From an uncultured Gemmatimonadaceae bacterium (GTDB lineage: Bacteria > Gemmatimonadota > Gemmatimonadetes > Gemmatimonadales > Gemmatimonadaceae), in NCBI GenBank assembly GCA_963817955.1, contig CAWFQK010000001.1, positions 352,001 to 416,000 of the forward strand: a DNA stretch of 64,000 nt, written 5' to 3'. Shown one piece after another: positions 9,113 to 19,257 of this stretch. The translations under genes and the position numbers were made by a program. Each line of letters begins with the position of its first letter. Within the stretch, counting starts at the first letter, position 1. The notes under the pieces are model-generated. The model was not told the origin of the DNA. It saw only the letters and a list, made by a program, of their open reading frames with translations, and did no database searches.

Positions 9113-11524
9113 TCAGAACTTCGCTTCGAGATAGAGATCTGCCCGATACTGCTTTCGCGGATACAGTCCGCGGGCAACGTCGAACCGGAAGAGTCCATCG
9201 AGGAACGACACACCGGCTCCGACGCCGCTCATCGGCCGACCGACCTCGCGGATCTTCGTCCGGTCGCCGGTCCAGCCGAGATCGGCGAATATCATCTGAC
9301 GCACGGCTGCGTCGTTCGAGCCAATCTCCAAGCGACTCAACCAAAAGGCGTTCCCGCTCTGCGCCGTGTCCGGGCTCTGGCCACGCACCGTTTGCGAACC
9401 GCCGAGATACCAGCGGCGCTGCGGCGGCAGACCGCCAACAGAACTGCCGCCGGATACTGTCAGCGCCGCCGCGAGCCGACCGAGGCCGCGTGTTGCCGTG
9501 AGGTCCAACGCGCCTCGACCATACATGGAGTCGCCCGCCGCCGCCTCGACGCGCAGATCGGTGAATAGTCTGAATCCGCGCGGGTCCAAGCCATAGTCGT
9601 GCGTGAGGCGCGCACCGATGCCGGAGTATGTGCCCCGCCGAGCGACCAGATTGGCGGGGAAATTAGCACCGTTGATGGTGAAGTTCGTGTGCACGGCGGC
9701 GGTCCGCTGCCGTTCGACGAACGCGCGCCAATCAACATGGGTTCCGCCGCCAAAGGAGGCATCGCGCGAGCCGTGAAGCTCTGCGCCCGATGCGCGATAG
9801 TAGAATCCCTCATCACGTCCGAACATCAACGCCGAGAACGAGCTGCCGAAACTCAGGGGATGTCCCCAATCGCTCGCTGATACAAGGCGATTGTACGCGC
9901 TCACAGCGATTGCATCGGTGAGATTCGTGCGCGTTCCCGTCAACTCCACGTTTGGCTCGAGATCCGCAAGACCGAGCCGCCCTACCACCGTGGCTTCATA
10001 CCCGCCGCCCAGCTGCTGGTCGACCATCGCGCCGAGTGACAGACCCTCGACTCGATTGTACCGCATCATCGACGGGCCGTAGGAGATGGCCGGCGGCGGC
10101 AACAGCCGCATCCGAACCGTAAACGGGGCCTGCGCAGTGAGCGACAGCGCCTCTGCCTTCAGCGCTTCGAGCTCCTTTGCGCCGAACAACTCCTCACCGG
10201 GGTCGTAGATCGACGGTGGGAGATCGGGCGAATGTTCCAGCGTCGACAGGTCGCACGGCGTGCGGACAGCAACGCGAAGCTGTGAGCCGTACCGCGTCGT
10301 CGTATAAAGCTGCGTGTCGGAGGTATCGCACTGCGACGAGTGCGGGGCGCGCTGCTTGAGGCCGCGCCGAATGGAATCGTTGGATGCTTGAGTGCGTTCG
10401 CGCCGTACCGCGCGCACCGAGTCGCGCCACTGCTGGGCTGCATCCTCACTCAACGAGTCTGGCGCGCGCAGTGGGTTCGCCGCGACTTTGATCTGGGGGA
10501 GCGTGTCCTTGCCGTTGACGCTGGCATACGTGAAACTCTCCTCCATTTTGAATGGCACGTGCATGAAGCTCACCTGCGCGCTTCCTTCGGCGAGCCGCAA
10601 GCGCGGAAGCCAGAAGCGGCCCTCATGCAGGCCGTATTCGACGGCGATCGCCGACACCTCCGCCTTCATCGGGGTAATCATCGGCTTCACCCACACCGGC
10701 ACGTCGTCCATCGACTTCGGGTCTTGGTCGCGCGCGACGGCCCAAATGTCCATTGGAATGGAGAGTCGGTACGCCGCGCGCACGAGCTGACCCGACTTCG
10801 TGTCAAACCAGAGCGAACCGACGGCGAGATTCCATTTCGGTTCGCGCGGCCGAACCTTCAGTTCGCGAAGTTGAATAACCGTACCGTTCGGCAACTTGAA
10901 GCTGATCGAGTCACCGGTCTCGTAGGTATAGTAGGCCTCGGCCCCATCGGCGATCGGATGAACAAGCTCCGTCTCGTCCACTTGCGTACGCGCGACATTG
11001 CTGCCGATCCAGAGCGGCTCATATCCCGGAAAGTACGGGATGGATGCATCCATGTCGGCCCCGTTCACGTCGCTGCGGATCTCCGCACGATCGTCCTGCG
11101 GGGCCACGGGAACCACTGTGCGATCGCCCTTCGTGTCGATCCAAACGCCGACGCCCTGCTGCCAGCGAACGCGTGACGCGTTCTCGGTCCGGAACAGCAG
11201 GCGGTCGCGCCCGATCCTGGTGAAGCCCATGCCCGCCGAGATACGCTGATAAGACATGGCGTCATACGCCACGAGCGCCGAATCCTGGGTCAGACGGGCG
11301 TGGCGCGCCGCCAGCAGGGTCGTCCGCGCCGTAACGTCCTTGAACGCGGTGGCGAGGACCTCGGCTGTGACCGCTTTCCGCTTGCCTTGTCGGTGACGTT
11401 TGCTTGCGGTAGCAGCACTGTCGACGAGGCTATCGCGAACGACGGGTGACCGCCGTTGACCGCCACCGATCTGAATTTGGACCTGAAGATTTAGCGCGAG
11501 CGCGCCAGCGAGGAGCAGAAACAT
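9113..11524 (-). CDS. Outer-membrane beta-barrel protein (BamA/TamA/ShlB-like C-terminal barrel)
   Basis: Signal peptide, RYNRVEGL, LGGSQTVRG (VRG-type loop), amphipathic strands and C-terminal YLEAKF beta-signal. Confidence 0.7.
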   Translation of the reverse strand: MFLLLAGALALNLQVQIQIGGGQRRSPVVRDSLVDSAATASKRHRQGKRKAVTAEVLATAFKDVTARTTLLAARHARLTQDSALVAYDAMSYQRISAGMGFTRIGRDRLLFRTENASRVRWQQGVGVWIDTKGDRTVVPVAPQDDRAEIRSDVNGADMDASIPYFPGYEPLWIGSNVARTQVDETELVHPIADGAEAYYTYETGDSISFKLPNGTVIQLRELKVRPREPKWNLAVGSLWFDTKSGQLVRAAYRLSIPMDIWAVARDQDPKSMDDVPVWVKPMITPMKAEVSAIAVEYGLHEGRFWLPRLRLAEGSAQVSFMHVPFKMEESFTYASVNGKDTLPQIKVAANPLRAPDSLSEDAAQQWRDSVRAVRRERTQASNDSIRRGLKQRAPHSSQCDTSDTQLYTTTRYGSQLRVAVRTPCDLSTLEHSPDLPPSIYDPGEELFGAKELEALKAEALSLTAQAPFTVRMRLLPPPAISYGPSMMRYNRVEGLSLGAMVDQQLGGGYEATVVGRLGLADLEPNVELTGTRTNLTDAIAVSAYNRLVSASDWGHPLSFGSSFSALMFGRDEGFYYRASGAELHGSRDASFGGGTHVDWRAFVERQRTAAVHTNFTINGANFPANLVARRGTYSGIGARLTHDYGLDPRGFRLFTDLRVEAAAGDSMYGRGALDLTATRGLGRLAAALTVSGGSSVGGLPPQRRWYLGGSQTVRGQSPDTAQSGNAFWLSRLEIGSNDAAVRQMIFADLGWTGDRTKIREVGRPMSGVGAGVSFLDGLFRFDVARGLYPRKQYRADLYLEAKF

Positions 11525-11611
11525 GATGCGGTGAGCCTCGGGAAGGACGGCAACTCAACAACCTACGTGTCCGCCCGGGACCCGGTTTCGAAATCGCCAC
11601 GAGCCCGTTGT

Positions 11612-12859
11612 TCAGCGTGTCTGTCGATTCGGTGGCCCGGTGATCGAGGCTGGCTTGAGCCCCGCTTGCTGCCGCACGGCGTTGAGCTTCCTGATGTTGT
11701 GTATCCGGAGGCGCTCGAACCGCGCCCATTCTTGCCGATCGAGTACCGTTTGCCGAGCAGCGGGGAGTCCGCTCAGCGTGAGCACAAGGGCAATCAGGAG
11801 CGAGCCGGCTAGCGCCATTGGCGCGCCCGGTATTGCCTGCCGTTGGCCGATATCGAGTTGCTTTGTCAACCCAGGGAACCGGCGTTGAACCCACACGGTC
11901 ATGATGATCGTTGCCAGGCCGAGCGTGGCCAGGACAATAGGGTAGCTGGCGGCACGGTCGAAGACGTTGAACGTGAGGTACCCAAGGTACGACAGGAATC
12001 CCACGAACGCCGCGGCGAGGAACAAACGGCGCCGCAATCGAAGGGCCGCGACGACGAACAGCGCCGACATCGCCAGCATCGCGTGCGCGGCAATGACCTT
12101 CGATTCACGCCAAAAGCCAGCCATGGCTGGAAGGAGTGCCACAAGTCCCGCCAAATAGAACCAGGTGGCGTAGTCCTCATCCGCGGCAGTACGGCGATCC
12201 ACCGCGTAGCCAATCGTCAGCAGTGATAGCGCGAGCAGGAGCGGAAGCCTGCCGTTGAGCGCGTTCGCTACGTTTTGATCGAAGACCAGAGAGAAAGCGT
12301 GAGCGCCCGTGGCCATCGCTGCTGCTGCAAGCGGCAACCCCAGAACGTCAAACCGCACGCGACGCAGCGCGACCAATCCCGCCAATAGTGTGGTTAAGTC
12401 GATCGGCAGCCAACGCACGTTTTCCCAATCATGCGAATACGGCAGAGCAAACCACTGTGGCTGCGATGGCGGCGTCCAATCCCAAATCCCGGTCAATGAC
12501 AGCAGGGACCAGGTTACTAACGGGACGATGCCGATTACGAGGACAGTCGCAACGCCGGCGGCGGTGCGGAATCCGTGGCCGGCAAGCAACCGTGCCGTCC
12601 ACGCAAAGAGCGCGGCGTACACCAGCGATACCACCAGCACACCGGCTGCACCCAGCATGCTCCAACGCACGATGAGGAACCAGCCGAAGGCGACCAATAC
12701 GGCAATTCCACCCGCCCAATAGGCGACATTCACCGCGTTCAGTCCCCGCCTAGCCTCGCCGCCTGCCGGCGTCTGGCCGAGCGCCAACAACGCGTCCCGC
12801 TGCTGCTCGGTAATAATGCCCGTGTTTACGGCGCGGTCGACCTGTTCACGCGATATCAT
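11612..12859 (-). CDS. DUF2157-like multi-pass membrane protein
   Basis: Starts MISREQVDRAVNTGIITEQQRDAL and continues with many TM segments. ATG at 12859. Confidence 0.7.
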   Translation of the reverse strand: MISREQVDRAVNTGIITEQQRDALLALGQTPAGGEARRGLNAVNVAYWAGGIAVLVAFGWFLIVRWSMLGAAGVLVVSLVYAALFAWTARLLAGHGFRTAAGVATVLVIGIVPLVTWSLLSLTGIWDWTPPSQPQWFALPYSHDWENVRWLPIDLTTLLAGLVALRRVRFDVLGLPLAAAAMATGAHAFSLVFDQNVANALNGRLPLLLALSLLTIGYAVDRRTAADEDYATWFYLAGLVALLPAMAGFWRESKVIAAHAMLAMSALFVVAALRLRRRLFLAAAFVGFLSYLGYLTFNVFDRAASYPIVLATLGLATIIMTVWVQRRFPGLTKQLDIGQRQAIPGAPMALAGSLLIALVLTLSGLPAARQTVLDRQEWARFERLRIHNIRKLNAVRQQAGLKPASITGPPNRQTR

Positions 12860-12951
12860 GTCGGCACCATTGCGAGTGAACGACTCCGAGGATCGATTTG
12901 GAAGTCGCTCCGTTTGATCGCTGAATGCTCCACCCAACCTGGGTCCCATCG

Positions 12952-14361
12952 ATGCGCCGATTCCATTCGCTCTCTCTCCTCGCGGCGCTCCTCGTCGCGG
13001 CCCCCGCGACCGCGCAGCAGCGCCCCGCGCCCATCGACTGGAATGCTCTCACGAACGAGACCGTCTCCGTCCTTTCGAACTATATCAAGATCAATTCGAC
13101 CAATCCGCCGGGCAATGAGCTGCAGACCGCGCGCTTTCTCAAAGCAATGCTCGAGAAAGAAGGCATCGAGGCACAGATCCTCGACACCGCCGAGTTGAAG
13201 CCGGCGGGGCGTGCGAACCTATACGCTCGCCTCAAGGGCAACGGGTCCAAGAAAGCGGTCGCGCTCGTGCATCACATGGACGTCGTGCCGGTCACACGGA
13301 GCTCCTGGTTAATGGATCCGTTTTCCGGCCAGGTCAAAGACGGGTACGTGTACGGCCGCGGCACCATCGACATGAAGGGGGAAGGCATCACGTTCCTCAT
13401 GACGATGATCGCCATCAAGCGCAGTGGCATGACACTCAATCGTGACATCGTGTTCATTGGCAACGCCGACGAGGAATTGGGCTCGACAGGTGCCGCCATA
13501 TTCGTCCAACGTCATCCCGACTTGCTTCGCGATGTAGAGTATCTGATGACGGAAGGCGGCGGCAATCAAGTGGAGAAGGGCAAGCTGCTGTACTATGGCG
13601 TCGGCGTCGCCGAGAAACGCACGTTTTGGCAGCGCCTGTCGGTCACCGGCACGCCGTCGCACGCATCTCGTCCCACCAAGCTCAACCCGGTGCCGAAGCT
13701 GGTCGCCGCCCTCGACAAGATTGCGAAGTACGAGACGCCGCTCCATGCGACCGCGGGCGTCCAGAAGTACTTCCACGACATTGCCACGACGTATCCGGAA
13801 CCACGCCGTTCATGGCTGAGCGATGTGACGAAAGCACTGCAGATTCCGAAGGCGCGTGAGTGGATCCTGAGCGACGTCTATTGGAATGCCATTCTCCGGA
13901 ACACGATCTCGCTGACCGTTCTCCAAGGCTCGAACAAGACGAACGTCATTCCGGCCGAAGCCACGGCGGAGATCGATATTCGCCTGCTGCCGGACACCGA
14001 CCCGCGTGAGTTTCTTGCCACATTGACGCGCATCGTCAACGACACGTCGGTGCACTTCACGACGCTGCTCGAACCAAAGACGCCGCTCGAGAATCCGATC
14101 GCGACGGATCTTTTCCGGGCCATTGAACGCGCCTCGCACGATCGCGATCCGAAGGCGCTGGTTACCACGCCCATGCTCACGGCGGCCACGGATCGCCCGA
14201 CGTACCGCAAGCTCGGCATCATCACCTATGGCTTCGACCCGTTCAAGATCGAGGCGTCGGACATTCAGACGGGAATGCATGGCAATAACGAACGCCTGTC
14301 GATTCAGAACATCGGTTTCGGGCTCAAGTACACCTACGACGTCCTTCGGTACGTGCAGTAG
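12952..14361 (+). CDS. Secreted M20/M25/M40 metallopeptidase (ArgE/DapE-like)
   Basis: Signal peptide, HHMDVVP, YGRGTIDMKG, ADEELG, TNVIP and MHGNNER motifs. Confidence 0.9.
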   Translation: MRRFHSLSLLAALLVAAPATAQQRPAPIDWNALTNETVSVLSNYIKINSTNPPGNELQTARFLKAMLEKEGIEAQILDTAELKPAGRANLYARLKGNGSKKAVALVHHMDVVPVTRSSWLMDPFSGQVKDGYVYGRGTIDMKGEGITFLMTMIAIKRSGMTLNRDIVFIGNADEELGSTGAAIFVQRHPDLLRDVEYLMTEGGGNQVEKGKLLYYGVGVAEKRTFWQRLSVTGTPSHASRPTKLNPVPKLVAALDKIAKYETPLHATAGVQKYFHDIATTYPEPRRSWLSDVTKALQIPKAREWILSDVYWNAILRNTISLTVLQGSNKTNVIPAEATAEIDIRLLPDTDPREFLATLTRIVNDTSVHFTTLLEPKTPLENPIATDLFRAIERASHDRDPKALVTTPMLTAATDRPTYRKLGIITYGFDPFKIEASDIQTGMHGNNERLSIQNIGFGLKYTYDVLRYVQ

Positions 14362-14414
14362 CTCAGGTTGGTCGGCGCGCGGCGACGGGCACGGGGATGT
14401 AGAATTCAGGCCGT

Positions 14415-15362
14415 ATGCCTAATTCAGTGATCTCGGCCCCCGCGCTGTTCGTCAAAGACTTGCGAAAACACTACGGCGACGTGTGCGCCGTGGACGGGCT
14501 CGATTTGTCGATCGCCCAGGGCGAGTGTTTCGGCCTTCTCGGTCCCAATGGAGCGGGAAAGACGACGACCATCGAGATCTGCGAAGGTCTGCTGTCGCCG
14601 GATTCCGGCCAGGTCGAGCTGCTCGGTTTGACATGGGGACATCACGAGAAAGAACTGCGCGAGCGGCTCGGCATTCAGCTCCAGGACACACAGCTCGCTG
14701 AAAAACTGACGGTTGAAGAAACGGTGCGCTTGTTCCGCAGCTTTTACCCGCGCGGGCGTACGGTGGACGAGGTGATCGCCCTCGTCCAGCTCGACGAAAA
14801 GCGCTCGGCGCGCGTCGGCAAGCTGTCGGGCGGCCAGAAGCAGCGGCTCGCGCTCGCCTGCGCCATCGTCGGTGATCCCGATCTGCTCTTCCTCGATGAA
14901 CCAACCACTGGTCTCGACCCGCAGTCGCGACGCCAGTTGTGGGATCTGATCACGGAATTCAAATCCCTCGGCCGCAGCATCCTGTTGACTACGCATTACA
15001 TGGATGAAGCCGAGATACTGTGTGATCGTGTCGCGATCGTCGATCACGGTCAGGTGATCGCGCTCGGCACCCCGTTGGAGCTGATCGGTTCGCTCGGGGC
15101 CGAGCAGGTCGTGGAGTTCGCGCTCGCCGACAGCGCCGCGCCACTCGACGAGACAAGGCTTCGTGAGATTGACGGTGTGCGGTCAGCGCGGGCGCTCGCC
15201 GGCGGATACGAGCTCCAGGTGGACGCACTGCACCGCACGGTGCCCGCACTGCTCGCGCTGCTCGCCCGGCAAGGGTTGGAGTTGGCGCAGCTTTCGACCC
15301 ACTCCGCTACACTCGAAGACGTATTCGTGTCGCTCACCGGGAGACAGTTGCGCGATGAGTAA
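14415..15362 (+). CDS. ABC-2 exporter ATP-binding protein
   Basis: Walker A GPNGAGKTT, LSGGQ signature, LFLDEPTTGLD and TTHY motifs. Confidence 0.95.
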   Translation: MPNSVISAPALFVKDLRKHYGDVCAVDGLDLSIAQGECFGLLGPNGAGKTTTIEICEGLLSPDSGQVELLGLTWGHHEKELRERLGIQLQDTQLAEKLTVEETVRLFRSFYPRGRTVDEVIALVQLDEKRSARVGKLSGGQKQRLALACAIVGDPDLLFLDEPTTGLDPQSRRQLWDLITEFKSLGRSILLTTHYMDEAEILCDRVAIVDHGQVIALGTPLELIGSLGAEQVVEFALADSAAPLDETRLREIDGVRSARALAGGYELQVDALHRTVPALLALLARQGLELAQLSTHSATLEDVFVSLTGRQLRDE

Positions 15363-16431
15363 CGCGTCCCGCAGCGATCGCAGGCGATCGCTCGATCATA
15401 ATCCGCTCTGGCAGCTCATCACCGTGCGGTTCCGCGAGTATCTGCGCGAGCCAGAGGCATTGTTCTGGTCGTTTGGGTTTCCTATTCTGCTTGCCGTCGG
15501 ACTCGGCATCGCCTTCCGAAGCAAACCGGCCGACATCACGCACGTGGCCGTGGCCAACGGCAGCCCACGCTCGGCGCCACTCGCCGACGCGCTCCGCCAA
15601 GACCGTGGCCTTGCCGTCGAGCTCTTATCCCCCGACAGTGCTGCCGCGGCGCTCCGCACCGGCCGCGTGGCGCTGGTCATAGCGCCGAACGGCAGCGATA
15701 GCGTCCGATATCAATACGATGAGACGCGGCCGGACGCGCGATCCGCGCGTCTGATGGTGAACGACGCAGTGCAACGTGGCGCGGGCCGCGGTGACGTGCT
15801 GCCCGTCGCTGACCAGCACATACGGGAGCGTGGTTCACGGTACATCGATTTCGTGGTCCCGGGCCTCCTCGGCATGACTATCATGGGCGGCGGCATATGG
15901 GGGCTCGGCTATTCGATCGTCGATCAACGCCGCAAGAACCTGCTGAAGCGGCTCGTCGCCACTCCGATGTCGCGCGCCAAGTACCTCGCATCATACGTCA
16001 TCTCGCGCCTCGTGATGCTCACGATCGAGATCGGCGTGCTGCTCGGCTTCACGATCACGCTGTTTGACGTCCCGATGCGTGGCTCGTGGGTGTCGACGGC
16101 GACGATCATCGTCGTGAGCGCGCTCGCGTTCGGTGGACTCGGTCTGCTGATCGCTTCGCGGTCGAAGACGATCGAAGGCGTCTCGGGATTGATGAACCTG
16201 TCGATGCTTCCGATGTGGGTGCTGTCGGGCGTGTTCTTCTCCTCAGAGAACTTCCCGCGCGCTGTTCAACCATTCATCAAGGCGCTGCCGCTCACGGCCA
16301 CCAACGATGCCCTGCGCGCGAACATGCTGCGCGGCGTCGAGCTCGGAGCACTCTGGCCGCAGTTGTCGGTGCTGCTTGCATGGATGATCCTCTGCTTTGT
16401 CGTCGCGCTCCGCATCTTTCGCTGGCGGTGA
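15355..16431 (+). CDS. ABC-2 exporter permease
   Basis: Overlaps the ATPase stop. YIDFVVPGLLGM, LKRLVATP, LSGVFF and ALPLT motifs. Confidence 0.9.
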   Translation: MSNASRSDRRRSLDHNPLWQLITVRFREYLREPEALFWSFGFPILLAVGLGIAFRSKPADITHVAVANGSPRSAPLADALRQDRGLAVELLSPDSAAAALRTGRVALVIAPNGSDSVRYQYDETRPDARSARLMVNDAVQRGAGRGDVLPVADQHIRERGSRYIDFVVPGLLGMTIMGGGIWGLGYSIVDQRRKNLLKRLVATPMSRAKYLASYVISRLVMLTIEIGVLLGFTITLFDVPMRGSWVSTATIIVVSALAFGGLGLLIASRSKTIEGVSGLMNLSMLPMWVLSGVFFSSENFPRAVQPFIKALPLTATNDALRANMLRGVELGALWPQLSVLLAWMILCFVVALRIFRWR

Positions 16432-16439
16432 CACATCCC

Positions 16440-17885
16440 ATGTCTGGTGATCTGCCGAAATCCGAGTTGATCGCGCAGGGACGAGTGGTGCTCGATTGGA
16501 TCGGCGACTATCTCGAGCATCCTGAGCGTTACCCGGTGCTCGCGCGCTCCCAGCCCGGCGACATCATCTCCGCGCTACCCGAGTCGCCACCGATTCAGCC
16601 GGAGTCGATCGAGACGATCTTGCGCGACTTCGACGCGACGATCGTTCCCGGTATCACCCACTGGAACCATCCGGCCTTTTTTGGTTACTTCGCCACGTCG
16701 TCGTCCGTGCCAGGCATTCTTGCCGAGATGCTCGTCGCAACGCTCGACGTGAAAGCGATGCTCTGGAAGACGTCCCCCGCGGCAACCGAGCTCGAGCAGG
16801 TCGTGACCGACTGGCTACGGCAGATGCTCGGCTTACGGGAGGGATGGTTCGGCATCACGACGGATACAGCGTCCATGTCATCGATGCTGGCGCTGGCCGC
16901 GGCGCGCGAAGCAAAACCGGAGCTCGAGATTCGGGAACGGGGTATGACCGGGCGCGCCGATCTGCCGCGATTGCGTGTCTATACCTCGCCGCACGCACAT
17001 TCGTCGGTCGACAAAGCCGCACTTGCGCTGGGACTCGGGCTGGAAAACGTCGTCAAGATCGAAACCGACGATCACTTTCGCATGCGCCCCGACGCATTGC
17101 AGCGCGCCATCGCCGATGACCGCGCAGAAGGGTTTCTTCCGCTCGCCTGCGTTGCCACCGTCGGCACCACGAGCATGACGAGCATCGATCCAGTGGCCGC
17201 CATCGCTGACATCTGTCGCCGCGAAACGGTATGGCTCCACGTGGACGGCGCCTACGGTGGAATGCTCGCGATCGTCCCGGAGTTTCGCTACGTCCTCGAC
17301 GGCGTCGACGGCGCCGATTCGTTCGTCGTCAATCCGCACAAATGGCTGTTCACGCCCTTCGACTGCTCGGCGTTCTTCATCAAACGTCCAGACGTGCTGA
17401 AGCGCGCATTCTCGATCGTGCCAGAATACCTCGTCACGCGCGAACAGGACGAGGTCGTGAACTACATGGACTACGGCGTGCAACTCGGGCGGCGTTTTCG
17501 AGCGCTCAAGTTATGGATGATCATTCGCGCGTTCGGCACGGAAGGACTGGCTGACCGATTACGCGACCATTGCGCCTTGGCACACCAGTTCGCGTCCTGG
17601 GTCCGAGCGGAGGGCAGCTGGGTGTTGATGGCTCCGGTGCCGTTCTCGCTCGTCTGCTTCCGCTACGCACTCGACGGAATGAGCGACGCCGATGCCGATC
17701 GGATGAACGAGACGATCATGCATAATGTGAACGCCGGTGGCGATGTGTTCCTCTCTCACACCAAGATCAACGACCGTTTCACGCTGCGACTCGCGATCGG
17801 TAACATCCGCACGACGGAGGCGCATGTCGCGCTCGCATGGGACCGGCTGCGCGCCGCCGCGCGCGCGGTGATCACCTGTCAATGA
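16440..17885 (+). CDS. PLP-dependent group II decarboxylase, aromatic-L-amino-acid-decarboxylase-like
   Basis: PGITHWNHPAFFGYF, SPAATELE, HSSVDKA, HVDGAYGG, NPHKWLF (PLP lysine) and LGRRFRALKLW motifs. Confidence 0.9.
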   Translation: MSGDLPKSELIAQGRVVLDWIGDYLEHPERYPVLARSQPGDIISALPESPPIQPESIETILRDFDATIVPGITHWNHPAFFGYFATSSSVPGILAEMLVATLDVKAMLWKTSPAATELEQVVTDWLRQMLGLREGWFGITTDTASMSSMLALAAAREAKPELEIRERGMTGRADLPRLRVYTSPHAHSSVDKAALALGLGLENVVKIETDDHFRMRPDALQRAIADDRAEGFLPLACVATVGTTSMTSIDPVAAIADICRRETVWLHVDGAYGGMLAIVPEFRYVLDGVDGADSFVVNPHKWLFTPFDCSAFFIKRPDVLKRAFSIVPEYLVTREQDEVVNYMDYGVQLGRRFRALKLWMIIRAFGTEGLADRLRDHCALAHQFASWVRAEGSWVLMAPVPFSLVCFRYALDGMSDADADRMNETIMHNVNAGGDVFLSHTKINDRFTLRLAIGNIRTTEAHVALAWDRLRAAARAVITCQ

Positions 17886-17926
17886 CCCTCGTGTGAGTCC
17901 TGGCAGCGGCGACCGACCCGGAAGAC

Positions 17927-18565
17927 TTAGTGTATCCCCTCGCGATACATGTCCGGAAACTCGCGCTTGAGATTCGCCACTTTCGGCGCGTCGTACATCG
18001 CGATGTACGGCTCGCCCGGGTTCTTTTCGGCGTAGTCCTGATGACGCGCCTCAGCCGGATAGAATGACTTGAACGCGACAATTTCCGTGACGATCGGTCT
18101 CGGGAATACGTGGGCCTTGTTCAATTGATTGACATAGGCCCTGGCCGCCTCGCCTTGGTCGGGAGTCATGAAGAAGATCGCCGAGCGATATTGTGTTCCG
18201 ACATCCGGGCCCTGCCGATTGAGCAGCGTGGGGTCATGAGCGACGGAGAAGAACACGCGCAGCAGCTGGCCGAATGAGGTCTTGGACGGATTGAACGTCA
18301 CACGCACCGACTCCGCATGTCCGGTGCGTCCGGAACTGACCTGCTCGTACGTCGGCCGGTCAGTCCAGCCGCCAGAGTAGCCGGCCACCGCGGCGTTCAC
18401 GCCTTTCACGTGCTCGAACACGGCCTGGACTCCCCAGAAGCAACCGCCGGCAAACACGACCGTTTGCTCGTCACTGTGCGACGTATGCGCGGGGCGCCAT
18501 GGCGAGAACGGCAGCGCCGCGAATAGCGCGAGTGCCAGTCCGGCCCGACCAAGCATCGAGATCAT
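17927..18565 (-). CDS. msrA: Peptide-methionine (S)-S-oxide reductase with N-terminal signal peptide
   Basis: GGCFWG, GHAE, NRQGPDVGTQYRSAIF and HQDY motifs. ATGA overlap with the dedA-type gene. Confidence 0.95.
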   Translation of the reverse strand: MISMLGRAGLALALFAALPFSPWRPAHTSHSDEQTVVFAGGCFWGVQAVFEHVKGVNAAVAGYSGGWTDRPTYEQVSSGRTGHAESVRVTFNPSKTSFGQLLRVFFSVAHDPTLLNRQGPDVGTQYRSAIFFMTPDQGEAARAYVNQLNKAHVFPRPIVTEIVAFKSFYPAEARHQDYAEKNPGEPYIAMYDAPKVANLKREFPDMYREGIH

Positions 18566-19245
18566 TTCGCCTCCTGTGACTCCTCTGGTGCCGGGCACGC
18601 CGGTACCGACTCCGGATCACCCGCAGCGAGCACCTCTACGACCTCGTCTTCAACGTGCTCCTTCCGCATGACCCAGAACACCGCCGCGAGGACCACGACG
18701 ATCGCTGCGACGAGATAGTTCTCATAACGCCGTACATGTCCGAGTACGAACAGCGCCGTGCGTCCAAAGCCCCAGCCGAGCAGCGTGAAGAAAAACGACC
18801 ACGTGAGACAACTGATGGCGCTGCCCGCCACATAGATGAGCACGGGCAGTCGTGCGGCGCCGCACGCGATGGGGAGTGTGAGGCGCAAGCCCCAGGCCCA
18901 CCGCACCGCGAGCGAGGACCGCCACGGATGTCGCCGCACGATGCGAAGCGCCCGCACCATGAATGATCGAAGCGCCGGCCATCTCTTCCGTACCCAGCGG
19001 CCGCGCCACCGGCCCACATAGTACAACCCGAGATCAGCCGTCCACGTTCCGCCGGCAACCCAAAGCCCAACGGCGGCCACACGAAGATGATGGTCGTGCG
19101 CAGCCAGGCCGCCGATGAGCGGCGTGGCCTCTTCCGTGATGATGCCGGTAGCTCCCAGCGTCAGATACGCCCACAGCCTGTGCAGCGCTTCTGTCGCACC
19201 AAGATGTGACGTCGCAGCCTGCAGCAGCGCGAGAATGGACGTCAC
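18562..19245 (-). CDS. DedA/VTT-domain membrane protein
   Basis: EEATPLIGG, DLGLYYVGRWRG and RWAWGLR...PIACGA motifs. Confidence 0.8.
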   Translation of the reverse strand: MTSILALLQAATSHLGATEALHRLWAYLTLGATGIITEEATPLIGGLAAHDHHLRVAAVGLWVAGGTWTADLGLYYVGRWRGRWVRKRWPALRSFMVRALRIVRRHPWRSSLAVRWAWGLRLTLPIACGAARLPVLIYVAGSAISCLTWSFFFTLLGWGFGRTALFVLGHVRRYENYLVAAIVVVLAAVFWVMRKEHVEDEVVEVLAAGDPESVPACPAPEESQEAK

Positions 19246-19257
19246 TCCGGAAGGACG

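Noticed and set aside
8848..9213. N-terminal extension of the MacB-type permease
   Set aside because: It overlaps the small + strand gene and the OMP stop. Family similarity begins at ATG 8847.
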